A stretch of 24,000 nucleotides of DNA from Cyclobacteriaceae bacterium (GTDB taxonomy: Bacteria > Bacteroidota > Bacteroidia > Cytophagales > Cyclobacteriaceae): NCBI GenBank assembly GCA_965601755.1, contig OZ271841.1, positions 222,241-246,240 on the forward strand. Direction: 5' to 3'. Below are positions 15,708 to 24,000 of the stretch, in pieces. The position numbers and the translations under genes were made by a program. Position 1 is the stretch's first letter. Each line of letters begins with the position of its first letter. The notes under the pieces were generated by a model. The model was not told the origin of the DNA and made no database searches. It saw only the letters and a program-made list of their open reading frames with translations.

Positions 15708-15798
15708 GGACCTCTATAGACTCATTCTCTGCACAATCGTTTGCTTTCCCGGGCCCTCTTATTTTACCTATTCTTGTGAGTCAAAGAAATAACCAATC

Positions 15799-16599
15799 GT
15801 GGAGATCGCCCTAAAAGGAAAACTGGAGAAGGAATTACTGGTGAAAGTTTCGAAGATGAAACCTGTGATCAAGCCCACAGTTCCACATAAGCATGATGGG
15901 TATCATGAATTGATTTTCCTAACCGGTGGATCCGGATCGCATACCGTAAATGACCAGGTATATGATGTAAAGCCTTTTGATGCATTTTACCTCCAACCAG
16001 GTAGTGTGCATTGTTGGGATTTTAGCCAGATACCGGATGGGTATGTAATCCTTTTCCGCGAAAAGTTTCTGCGGCATCACCTTTCCACACTCAATAGTCT
16101 ATATCGGTTACCGCAGCAATTTCAGATTCCGACAGATCATCAGCTACTCCAACTTGTTGATATCTTCTATGAGTCGTACAAACAAGGCCAGGACGAGGAT
16201 GTTTTAGGTGCTCATATAAACCTGATTCTACTGTATACACTGGGAATTGTAAAAGCACAGGCCTCCGCCGCTTCTCCGTCAGCCGCTGACTTTAACCAGT
16301 TTAAGAACCTGGTAAATCATCATTTTCTCGAATTAAGAACAGTTCAGGAGTATGCCAACCTGATGAATGTGAGTGTTCCCAGGCTAAATAATATCTGCCA
16401 GCAGGCAGCCTTTACTACCGCTTTTAGTGTGATCAAAGAAAGGATCATTGTAGAGTCAAAAAATTTGATCACCCATACCAGCCTGTCTATTTCTGAGATT
16501 GCCTACAGACTAAATTTTTCAGATGCCTCTAACTTTGTCAAGTTCTTTAAAGCACAGACTCGCATGACCCCATCAGCTTATCGGGAGGCACTTCATTGA
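15799..16599 (+). CDS. AraC-family transcriptional regulator (cupin-like N-domain plus HTH)
   Basis: C-terminal AraC HTH signature (SISEIAYRLNFSDASNFVKFFKAQTRMTPSAYR). The N-terminal region has a cupin-like HxH pattern (HKHDGYHELIFLTGG). The GTG start at 15799 is uncertain. Confidence 0.85.
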   Translation: MEIALKGKLEKELLVKVSKMKPVIKPTVPHKHDGYHELIFLTGGSGSHTVNDQVYDVKPFDAFYLQPGSVHCWDFSQIPDGYVILFREKFLRHHLSTLNSLYRLPQQFQIPTDHQLLQLVDIFYESYKQGQDEDVLGAHINLILLYTLGIVKAQASAASPSAADFNQFKNLVNHHFLELRTVQEYANLMNVSVPRLNNICQQAAFTTAFSVIKERIIVESKNLITHTSLSISEIAYRLNFSDASNFVKFFKAQTRMTPSAYREALH

Positions 16600-16630
16600 A
16601 AATTGACCATAATTCAAGAAAAATTACCAT
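16600..16630 (+). promoter_or_regulatory. Direct repeat AAATT(G)ACCAT x2 at 21-bp spacing in the AraC-to-receptor gap; candidate AraC operator
   Basis: AAATTGACCAT at 16600..16610 and AAATTACCAT at 16621..16630, with a related GACATAATT at 16640..16648 and TTGACA at 16662..16667 ahead of the ATG at 16684. Function is inferred from the usual AraC-family direct-repeat architecture. Confidence 0.3.
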
Positions 16631-16683
16631 CGCTAGATGGACATAATTGCCGTCTTTTGCGTTGACATTATTATTTAATACGA

Positions 16684-19143
16684 ATGCGATTTACTTTTCT
16701 ATCGATACTTTTTCTTTCTTTCCTCTGTTCCTATGGTCAGACAGGCATACAAGGTAAGCTTCTAGACATGACGGCCAATGAGCCATTACCATTTGCCAGT
16801 GTAGCTGTTTACCAGGCTAGTGATAGCACCCTGGCCGGAGGTGTGGTATCTTCTTTTGATGGTACGTTTGAGATCACCAACATCAAGCAAGGTACCTATT
16901 ACCTAAAGGCTCATTTCATGGGTTTTGATGAGCAAACCATAGAAAACATTGCTGTAACTAAAAATCAATTAACGAATGTGGGTGCGGTAGCTATGAAGGC
17001 TAACCAGAAGATGCTTGATGAAATAGAGGTGACTGGTGAGACAGTGACCATGCTTTCCAAAGCCGATCGTCAGGTCTTCGAAGCAGAAAAGTTTCAATCC
17101 AGCAGAGGCGGAACTGCCACAGATGTACTACGTAACCTGCCATCTGTATCCGTAAATGCCAATGGTGAAATCTCCGCAAGAGGTTCATCCGGCTTTGTAG
17201 TGCTGATCAATGGAAAGCCTGTGCAGTCTGATCCGCAAATGATTTTAAACCAACTACCTGCGAATGCGATAGAAAACATCGAATTGATCACAGCACCTTC
17301 AGCGAAATATGATCCGGAAGGTAAGGGTGGGATCATCAATGTGGTTACGAGGCGTGGTGCAGTCGATGATACGTATATGCAGTTCAACGCCAGGATTGGG
17401 GCTCCCAGCATCGAAAACTATGACAATGCAGAGTATGCACAACGCTATGGTGGAGATTTCACCTTAAATCATCGTTCAGGGGACTGGGACGTTTCTGCCG
17501 GATTGAGTTTTCAGCGCAACGATATCACCGGAAGACGGGTAGGGGACGTATACACGATTCGAAATGATACCACGATCCAGTTTCCCTCTGATGGGGAAAG
17601 AAGTTTCGATGAAGTAAATTACTCTGGCCGGTTTACCCTGGGCTACACACCTAATTCAAGCAACAACTTTAACCTGGGATTCTATGCTGGTAAACGCAGT
17701 AAAGACCGGACAGCAGATATTGTGTATTACGATAATCATGCAAGGTTCAACGACCAACGGCTTTATACCATCCAGTATTACAATGAAAACCTGCGTATCA
17801 GAAAAGGGGATTTCGTCTTAGGAAGTGTTGACTACGGTCATATCTTCGATAATGGATCGAGCCTTTCAACTTCGTTTCTATACGAATATACGCTACTTGG
17901 AGGTCCCACAACCAACAGAAACCTGGGTTATCCCGAAACCTCCGTAATCTATCAGGATGAGTACAATACAAATGACAATCCACTCTTTGGTACAAGATTC
18001 CAGTTGGATTATGCCTTTAAACCATTGCCCATTGGGAAAATTGAAACAGGGTATCAGTTCCGAAATCTGGATCATACAGGGGATTTTGTATATGAAAGAA
18101 GAAACAACAATACAGGGGAATTTGAGCTGGTCCCGGAGTTTTCCAGTAATGTCAACCTACTGAGATCGATCCATTCTGGGTATGCCCAATTTTCAGGAAA
18201 GTCAGGTGCTTTGAGCTATGGTGCCGGTCTGAGAATGGAATACATGGATCGGGAGCTGGAGCTGAAGGACAAAGCCGGTACCATCGATACGATGTATTAC
18301 TATGATTTTATCAAACCATTTCCTTCAGCCAATATTCAGTATGCTGCAGGAGAGGGGCTTACCTTGAAAGCTGCCTACAGCCGAAGGATCGAGCGGACCA
18401 CTACCTTCAAGATGAACCCTTTCCCGGAAAGAGAACATTCAGAGACCCTCGAGCAGGGAGACCCTGAGTTGCTGCCAGAGTTTATCGATCTGGTGGAACT
18501 TGGGTTTATCAAGGACTTTTCAGATCACAGCATCTATGCAACAGCTTATTTCCGGGATGTAAAAAATGTGGTAAACAGGGTAAACAATATTTATAATGAT
18601 TCCATTCTAAACAGGATTTATTCCAATGTGGGTGATGCCGTGTCTTTAGGTGTGGAAGTAGGTTCAGACCTGCAGCTGACAGAAAAATGGAATGCCTTTA
18701 TCGGGGGTAACCTGTATCATTATGCCATTGATGGCATGTTTGATAGCTATCCTATCAATACCTCCAGCTGGATCTATAACATCAATATGAATACCTCAAT
18801 GAAGTTTACGAAGGACTTCAGCATGCAATGGACACTCAACTACATCTCCGACCGTGTTACTGCCCAGGGGAAAGACTCCAGGTTTCTGTCGCCCAACCTG
18901 ACGCTACAGAAGAAGTTCCTCGATGATCGCCTCACCGCTACACTTCAATGGCTCAACATGGATATGGGGTTTTTAGATACCAATGAGCAACGGATCACTA
19001 CCTGGCGGGACGGAGAGTTTTACACCACCACCAACTATGTTTATGAGGTAGATCAGGTGATTCTCAACCTGAGCTATGCCATCAACAGTGGCAAGAACAG
19101 GGCGAAGTTTATCAAGAGCGAGTTTGGCGCACAGGAGTTTTGA
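16684..19143 (+). CDS. TonB-dependent outer-membrane receptor with N-terminal CarboxypepD_reg domain
   Basis: 819 aa with a signal peptide, a CarboxypepD_reg-like segment (GIQGKLLDMTANEPLPFASVAVYQ...GTFEITNIKQGTYYLKAHFMGF) and a plug-like region (LDEIEVTGE...VLINGKPV). A long beta-strand-rich barrel ends in a terminal Phe. Confidence 0.9.
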   Translation: MRFTFLSILFLSFLCSYGQTGIQGKLLDMTANEPLPFASVAVYQASDSTLAGGVVSSFDGTFEITNIKQGTYYLKAHFMGFDEQTIENIAVTKNQLTNVGAVAMKANQKMLDEIEVTGETVTMLSKADRQVFEAEKFQSSRGGTATDVLRNLPSVSVNANGEISARGSSGFVVLINGKPVQSDPQMILNQLPANAIENIELITAPSAKYDPEGKGGIINVVTRRGAVDDTYMQFNARIGAPSIENYDNAEYAQRYGGDFTLNHRSGDWDVSAGLSFQRNDITGRRVGDVYTIRNDTTIQFPSDGERSFDEVNYSGRFTLGYTPNSSNNFNLGFYAGKRSKDRTADIVYYDNHARFNDQRLYTIQYYNENLRIRKGDFVLGSVDYGHIFDNGSSLSTSFLYEYTLLGGPTTNRNLGYPETSVIYQDEYNTNDNPLFGTRFQLDYAFKPLPIGKIETGYQFRNLDHTGDFVYERRNNNTGEFELVPEFSSNVNLLRSIHSGYAQFSGKSGALSYGAGLRMEYMDRELELKDKAGTIDTMYYYDFIKPFPSANIQYAAGEGLTLKAAYSRRIERTTTFKMNPFPEREHSETLEQGDPELLPEFIDLVELGFIKDFSDHSIYATAYFRDVKNVVNRVNNIYNDSILNRIYSNVGDAVSLGVEVGSDLQLTEKWNAFIGGNLYHYAIDGMFDSYPINTSSWIYNINMNTSMKFTKDFSMQWTLNYISDRVTAQGKDSRFLSPNLTLQKKFLDDRLTATLQWLNMDMGFLDTNEQRITTWRDGEFYTTTNYVYEVDQVILNLSYAINSGKNRAKFIKSEFGAQEF

Positions 19144-19204
19144 TCACTCCGTGAAGCCTGCCAGCAGGGTAGTCAGAGATCTTGGTATCAGAAGCATCTT
19201 AAAC

Positions 19205-20740
19205 TCAATAATTGATCTTTTCCAGGTGGATGTCCAGACTTTTGTTTGTCTTTGAGTAATCATAAACCAGGATATGGCCAGGTTTGCCAGGTAAAACCCG
19301 CCTGATTACATTTTGGCCAGGAGGTCTGAATTCAACATAGTCCTTCTTTATTTGACCTTCCTCAAAAATTGAAACACTAAAATTCCAGTTCTTTTGAAGC
19401 GAGGCCTCGCTACGTTGCCAGTCAACATAGGCCACCATTGGAATTTTTTCGAAACCCAGTTGTGATAAATAGAGATACCCAAAACCACCCACATCATTGA
19501 TGTATTCAGATACTAAATGGATGTTGGAAAAATCATATCCTGCCGGTAGTAAAAAATCTCTTTTACCCTTTTCAATGAAGTCTACGGATTGAACGTTAAA
19601 TTCTGGATCAAATCTGAAGACAATTAGGTCACCAATCACCATTTTGGTCACCCCAGCGCTTGAATAAGATCCTGTGGCGGCTGCCAGTACATTTAGAGCG
19701 ATTCCAGCACCACTTACAGCTTTACGATATTGTTCAGCGATGGCCATGATCGTACCATCAGGCTGTTTGAAGATTTCGTGGAAGTACATAAATCCTCGTT
19801 TGTCTTCACTGCTCACCTTTCCCTCATTGTCGATATCCATAAACTCCCGGAATTCATGAGTCCAGCTGAGGTATTTATTCTCAATGATCTCACCTGATTT
19901 GCTCAATTGAATATTTGCCAAACCAACCCCATTGTCTTTATAGACCTTTTCATCAGGGGCATAATAAAGTCCAAGAACATTGATAATTCCCGTTTCAAAA
20001 TCATAATAAGCATTCAGTGGCTGCGTATGATAGTTTCCTTTTAATCCCGTGAAAAACACTTCATGACCAGTTTCATGGTCTAATCCCTGGAGGTAAAAAT
20101 TAAGCTTATTAGTGTTCCAGTTTTTCTTCACTGTCACGAGGTTTACCAGCAGGTCCTCAGTGCTACAGAGGTAAGTGGCTGACGCTACGGAATCGGTATT
20201 TGCAGGGAAGAAATAAGTCCAGGGGGATGCTTCGTCACCTTCTACAGGATTCGGGAAATACTCAACATGGTAGTTTTTGTTCTGATAATCAGTCTGATAA
20301 TTTGCAAACCCATAGTTTGGAACTGAATATAAAGATCCCGGACTATTGAAGAAAACGATTCTCCTGGCCTCTGAAATTTGGTTAGCTTTGGTATCAAAAA
20401 ATTTATAGGTAGCCACATCATTTCGAATATCATTAAACCGCATCAGTATTGTGCTGCCATTGAATAAAGCTCCTTGTAGGTTTTGTGTCTTCGTATCCTG
20501 AAACGTGATTGTGTTGACATCTTCAAGGTTTTCGTCAAGAATCCTCAAAGCGAAATTCCGCTGACCTTTTTTAAGCTTACCAATGGAATAAAACATGTAA
20601 TAGCCAATCACATCTCTTTCTTTAGTAATAACTCCGGAATTTCTGACATCAAGTTTAGTAATATCTAAAAAGTTTCTACTCTGAGAAAAGCTGGCAAAAG
20701 TGATTAAGGTAGCCAATGTGTAACAAAATAGTTGCTTCAT
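19205..20740 (-). CDS. Uncharacterised secreted beta-rich protein (511 aa)
   Basis: The preferred start ATG at 20740 gives the signal peptide MKQLFCYTLATLITFASFSQ. This ATG overlaps the stop of the upstream M48 gene by 1 nt (TAATG on the minus strand). The 41 extra codons of the long ORF (to 20863) lie inside the M48 gene. Confidence 0.7.
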   Translation of the reverse strand: MKQLFCYTLATLITFASFSQSRNFLDITKLDVRNSGVITKERDVIGYYMFYSIGKLKKGQRNFALRILDENLEDVNTITFQDTKTQNLQGALFNGSTILMRFNDIRNDVATYKFFDTKANQISEARRIVFFNSPGSLYSVPNYGFANYQTDYQNKNYHVEYFPNPVEGDEASPWTYFFPANTDSVASATYLCSTEDLLVNLVTVKKNWNTNKLNFYLQGLDHETGHEVFFTGLKGNYHTQPLNAYYDFETGIINVLGLYYAPDEKVYKDNGVGLANIQLSKSGEIIENKYLSWTHEFREFMDIDNEGKVSSEDKRGFMYFHEIFKQPDGTIMAIAEQYRKAVSGAGIALNVLAAATGSYSSAGVTKMVIGDLIVFRFDPEFNVQSVDFIEKGKRDFLLPAGYDFSNIHLVSEYINDVGGFGYLYLSQLGFEKIPMVAYVDWQRSEASLQKNWNFSVSIFEEGQIKKDYVEFRPPGQNVIRRVLPGKPGHILVYDYSKTNKSLDIHLEKINY

Positions 20741-22242
20741 TATTCCTGGTGTTTTTGCTTTAAAAAGTGATTTGCGTAGATCCCATGAGGGAATTTTTCT
20801 AAATAAGTATTTGTGATGTTTTCCTTTACAGCTTGCTCGTTGCCATATAGAGCTGCCTTCCACAGTAGATGGTATTGCTCTTCGTTTTGATAATCAAATT
20901 CTATGTTCTTCTGAAAATAATGATAGGCTAATTGCCCCAGCTCAGATAAAGTGATGTTGTTGAGGAAGTTAACATAGTTTTTCAACCATGGCACTTCAGC
21001 TGAGTGATCTACGTATAACCCGAATTTGTGGCTTTTTCGAACTTCATAAAGATCCATGAGGATTTTGAGGGTTTCATATTTGAATGTTTCATCAGAGGGG
21101 TAGAGGTCACGAAATTTTAATGCATAATAGAATGCATAATCATATCGCTTGTCCAATTTGAGCAAGTCGATCAATTGAAAATCCAAATGATTTTTTATCT
21201 CCTGAAATCCGGAATCTAAAACCCTATGTTCCCTCATATCTTTATCCTTAGAAAATTGATGAAAGGCAAACAATCGCTCTTCTGCCAGAGGATGTGTATG
21301 GATTGAGTCTTTTTCAAAAATGAAATTAGAGCCATTATTATTTGATAAGATGGACTGACTTCCACGGATCCATTCATCTTTGAAAGGGCTCTTATTGAAA
21401 TCCAAATGGGATCTGATGTCCGGGTGGTCCTGGTACTCTGAAATTTCAGCAGAATCAAGTTTATTTAGCACATTTTTGCAGGCCTGCAAATCGTAAGTTG
21501 AATTGTGGACCATGATAAATGCCAGCGAATCAGCAGCTAATTCATTGGTCCTGGTGTGGGAGAGGTGGTCATAAAACAATGTTCTTATGGCATTGATATC
21601 GCCATATTTCACCTGGTTGTACAGTTCAGTATCAGCGTTTTTTATTCTTACATTTCGTCTAACCATCTCATTGGTATGGTCCAGATGATAATGCGCCAGC
21701 TCGTGGGCCAACAGGTAAGCCAGCTCACTGATAGATGATAGTTTGCGGAACGTGCCAACATGAATTCCGATTGTGCCTTCACCCAGGCTGTAAGCATTAA
21801 AAGTAATATCCGAATCCAGCAAGACTAATTTTGGGGGCTTAACCCCAGGATTTGCAATCAATAGTTGATGAATAACCTGCTCAACAACTGTATTGATACT
21901 GCGACATTCAACAAAATCACCATTTTCGATCTTGTCAATGATTAGATCCTTCCGGAGATTATAAAACTTATTGATCTGAGATCGTTTTTTCCCTTTCTCC
22001 ATCTCTATCTGTACCCGTGTTTGAGATTCTATTCTGTCAACCAATTCATCTGTCTTGAGGACTTTCAGGCAGGGTAATGTTCCATTGATTTGACAGATTG
22101 CCTGCAAAGAAGTGAAAAGGAAAAGAAGTAACAGAAATTGAGGGGTCAACTTGTACAAGTAGTTATCTAGAATAAAACTATAAAAAGACAGGTATTTAAT
22201 TCCGTTTTTTGTAAGAAATATTTTGAAGGTTATTGTCTCCAT
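20740..22242 (-). CDS. M48-family zinc metallopeptidase with helical (TPR-like) C-terminal region
   Basis: HEXXH in LLAHELAHYHLDH, with a downstream third-ligand block RTNELAADSLAF (ExxAD). An alternative TTG start at 22158 would give a cleaner signal peptide (MYKLTPQFLLLLFLFTSLQAICQ). Confidence 0.85.
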   Translation of the reverse strand: METITFKIFLTKNGIKYLSFYSFILDNYLYKLTPQFLLLLFLFTSLQAICQINGTLPCLKVLKTDELVDRIESQTRVQIEMEKGKKRSQINKFYNLRKDLIIDKIENGDFVECRSINTVVEQVIHQLLIANPGVKPPKLVLLDSDITFNAYSLGEGTIGIHVGTFRKLSSISELAYLLAHELAHYHLDHTNEMVRRNVRIKNADTELYNQVKYGDINAIRTLFYDHLSHTRTNELAADSLAFIMVHNSTYDLQACKNVLNKLDSAEISEYQDHPDIRSHLDFNKSPFKDEWIRGSQSILSNNNGSNFIFEKDSIHTHPLAEERLFAFHQFSKDKDMREHRVLDSGFQEIKNHLDFQLIDLLKLDKRYDYAFYYALKFRDLYPSDETFKYETLKILMDLYEVRKSHKFGLYVDHSAEVPWLKNYVNFLNNITLSELGQLAYHYFQKNIEFDYQNEEQYHLLWKAALYGNEQAVKENITNTYLEKFPHGIYANHFLKQKHQE

Positions 22243-22277
22243 CTTTTGGTGTTATCCCATTTAGAGTACTTTACCCT

Positions 22278-22329
22278 AAGATCCTTCACAACCGGAGAAC
22301 AATGGGAACTAATTTCCCTGAAGGATCTT
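22278..22329. promoter_or_regulatory. 11-bp perfect inverted repeat in the divergent M48/MATE intergenic region
   Basis: AAGATCCTTCA (22278..22288) and TGAAGGATCTT (22319..22329) are separated by 30 nt, 36 nt upstream of the M48 ORF start. It could be an operator or a 5' leader structure; this is untested. Confidence 0.35.
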
Positions 22330-22406
22330 TCCATCTTCAACCAATTAACCATTTACAGGGTCTGATAAAGGTTAATTTTTAATAATTCTCAAAAACTTAA
22401 AATAAC

Positions 22407-22441
22407 AGTGACATAGGGTTGTCACTCAAGACGGTTTTTTT
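22407..22441 (+). other. Hairpin plus T-run inside the leader region of the MATE gene
   Basis: AGTGACA (22407..22413) pairs with TGTCACT (22420..22426), loop TAGGGT. CAAGACG follows, then GTTTTTTT (22433..22441, a G followed by a 7-T run); about 95 nt upstream of the ATG at 22534. The 7-nt gap between stem and T-run is not canonical for a terminator. Confidence 0.3.
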
Positions 22442-22533
22442 GCGTAGAGAAAGTTATCCTTTGTCGGAAATGACCCTTACTTATGTCGTTTTCGCATCGG
22501 ATGATTTTAGATATTAAGTAACAATTTTGTTTT

Positions 22534-23958
22534 ATGGATTCAAACAATCAAATGCCAGTAATGGAGGCACCCAAACATTCGATCTGGCGCCAACTCAAAG
22601 ATGCTATCCAGGGTACGGATGCAGATTATACCACCATTGACCTGAAGAAAGCCATCTTTCTGCTGGCTGTACCTATGATCCTGGAACTGGTGATGGAATC
22701 TACTTTCGCTGTGGTGGATATCTACTTTGTTGGACAGCTGGGGTCATCCGCTGTAGCGACCGTGGGGTTGACAGAAACCTACCTTTTCCTGCTGTATTCT
22801 GTTGCGATGGGCCTGGCCATGGCTGTCACGGCCATCATTGCACGAAGAGTTGGGGAAAAAGATAAAACTGGAGCCGGCAAGTCGGCTGTACAATCCATAT
22901 TTCTCTCACTGTTGATATCACTACCTTTTACCATTGCAGGGATCTTCTTTGCTAAGGACATGCTCGCACTCATGGGTGGAGACCCATGGAGCCTGGAGCA
23001 TGGGTACCGATACACACAGTGGATGCTGGGTGGTAATGCGGTGATTGTATTGTTATTTGTTATCAACGCCATCTTTCGTGGTGCCGGTGATGCAGCCATT
23101 GCGATGCGGGTGCTATGGATTGCCAATGGCCTTAATATCATTCTAGACCCGCTCCTGATCTTTGGGTGGGGACCGATTCCTGCCATGGGGATCGAAGGTG
23201 CGGCGATTGCAACAACGATTGGGAGAGGCATCGCGGTAGGTATTCAGCTTTGGACGCTTTTTAAGGGAGGCAGGCACATCCAGGTATATCTGACAGATTT
23301 AGTGTGGGATGCCAAAAGGATCATCAATATCATAAAGACTTCATTAGGCGGTGTGGGTCAAATGATCGTGGCCATGTCTTCCTGGATCTTCCTCATGCGG
23401 ATCCTGGCAGATGTGGGCAGTGAGGCTGTTGCCGGGGCCACAATTGCGATGCGGGTGATGTTGTTTACCCTGATGCCAGCCTGGGGGCTGTCTAATGCTG
23501 CAGCGACCCTGGTGGGGCAAAACCTTGGTGCCGGAAATCCCGATAGAGCAGAATCATCGGTTTGGAAGATTGGGTTTTATAACATGATCTTTCTGATAGG
23601 GGTTTCCATCGTTTATTTCTTCTTCAACCGTTCACTGGTGAGCATATTTACTGATGACATAAGAGTTATTGCTATTGGGGGAGAGTGGCTGAGGATATTG
23701 TCATATGCCTACTTCATTTATGGCTGGTGGATGGTGTCTGTACAGGCCTTCAATGGTTCCGGTGATACCAGCACACCGACCAAGATCAACCTGGTATTTT
23801 TCTGGTTGATTCAGATCCCTCTGGCTTACCTGCTAGCCATACATTGGCACTGGGATCATTCAGGAGTGTTCTGGGCAGTATTCTTTTCAGAAACAGCCGT
23901 TGGGTTGTTTACCCTGTGGTTGTTTAAAAGAGGCAAGTGGAAACTGGCGACGGTGTAA
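22534..23958 (+). CDS. MATE-family efflux transporter
   Basis: 474 aa with about 12 TM helices. The N-terminal MATE pattern (LAVPMILELVMESTFAVVDIYFVGQLG) is present and the second half repeats the fold (IIKTSLGGVGQMIVAMSSW...). Confidence 0.9.
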   Translation: MDSNNQMPVMEAPKHSIWRQLKDAIQGTDADYTTIDLKKAIFLLAVPMILELVMESTFAVVDIYFVGQLGSSAVATVGLTETYLFLLYSVAMGLAMAVTAIIARRVGEKDKTGAGKSAVQSIFLSLLISLPFTIAGIFFAKDMLALMGGDPWSLEHGYRYTQWMLGGNAVIVLLFVINAIFRGAGDAAIAMRVLWIANGLNIILDPLLIFGWGPIPAMGIEGAAIATTIGRGIAVGIQLWTLFKGGRHIQVYLTDLVWDAKRIINIIKTSLGGVGQMIVAMSSWIFLMRILADVGSEAVAGATIAMRVMLFTLMPAWGLSNAAATLVGQNLGAGNPDRAESSVWKIGFYNMIFLIGVSIVYFFFNRSLVSIFTDDIRVIAIGGEWLRILSYAYFIYGWWMVSVQAFNGSGDTSTPTKINLVFFWLIQIPLAYLLAIHWHWDHSGVFWAVFFSETAVGLFTLWLFKRGKWKLATV

Positions 23959-24000
23959 AAAGGTAGTTCCAAGCTCATAAAGGCATTTTTATTCAGGAAT

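Noticed and set aside
20741-20863. N-terminal extension of the 19205 ORF (552-aa version starting at 20863)
   Set aside because: The extra 41 codons lie entirely inside the M48 gene in another frame. The internal ATG at 20740 gives a textbook signal peptide and a TAATG stop-start junction.
22407-22441. Guanidine-type riboswitch upstream of the MATE gene (UAGGGUU and CAAGACGG resemble pieces of the ykkC / ykkC-III consensus)
   Set aside because: Only two short words match. The remaining conserved helices and nucleotides of those classes are absent. An 8-mer match is expected by chance in a window of this size.
1-24000. Mobile-element or genomic-island boundaries (integrase, transposase, tRNA attachment site, long direct repeats flanking a block)
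   Set aside because: I found no integrase or transposase-like ORF and no tRNA gene. The only repeats are the tandem array and its solo palindrome, which do not flank a gene block as direct repeats.

Overview
This 24-kb segment looks chromosomal and is most consistent with a Bacteroidota (Cytophagia/Flavobacteriia-type) genome. That assignment is an inference from the protein families: a TonB-dependent receptor fronted by a CarboxypepD_reg domain, an ECF sigma/anti-sigma pair, DUF1761, and ATG/TTG starts without clear Shine-Dalgarno sites. I support 22 protein-coding genes: a SulP STAS tail, an MBL/rhodanese sulfur enzyme, three orphan small proteins, an ECF sigma/anti-sigma/secreted-protein operon, PAP2, DUF1761, a HEAT-like protein, HrpB helicase, a small CarboxypepD_reg protein, a Tat-signal beta-propeller, a membrane protein, a sodium:solute symporter, PPK2, an AraC regulator with a TonB-dependent receptor, an M48 peptidase translationally coupled to an uncharacterised secreted protein, and a MATE exporter. 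I recognised no rRNA, tRNA, CRISPR array, transposase or integrase. The stand-out feature is non-coding. A four-copy tandem array of 148-180 bp units (7294..7925) fills the gap between two convergent genes. Each unit consists of the last 13-17 codons of the upstream gene plus a ~110-nt module bounded by two mutually reverse-complementary hairpins sharing the 15-nt palindrome AGTCAT-AGG-ATGACT. The same palindrome recurs as a longer solo hairpin at 12621..12649, in another convergent gap. I could not run any database search, fold prediction or statistics, so product calls rest on motifs I recognise by eye and all functional ideas about the repeats are hypotheses.
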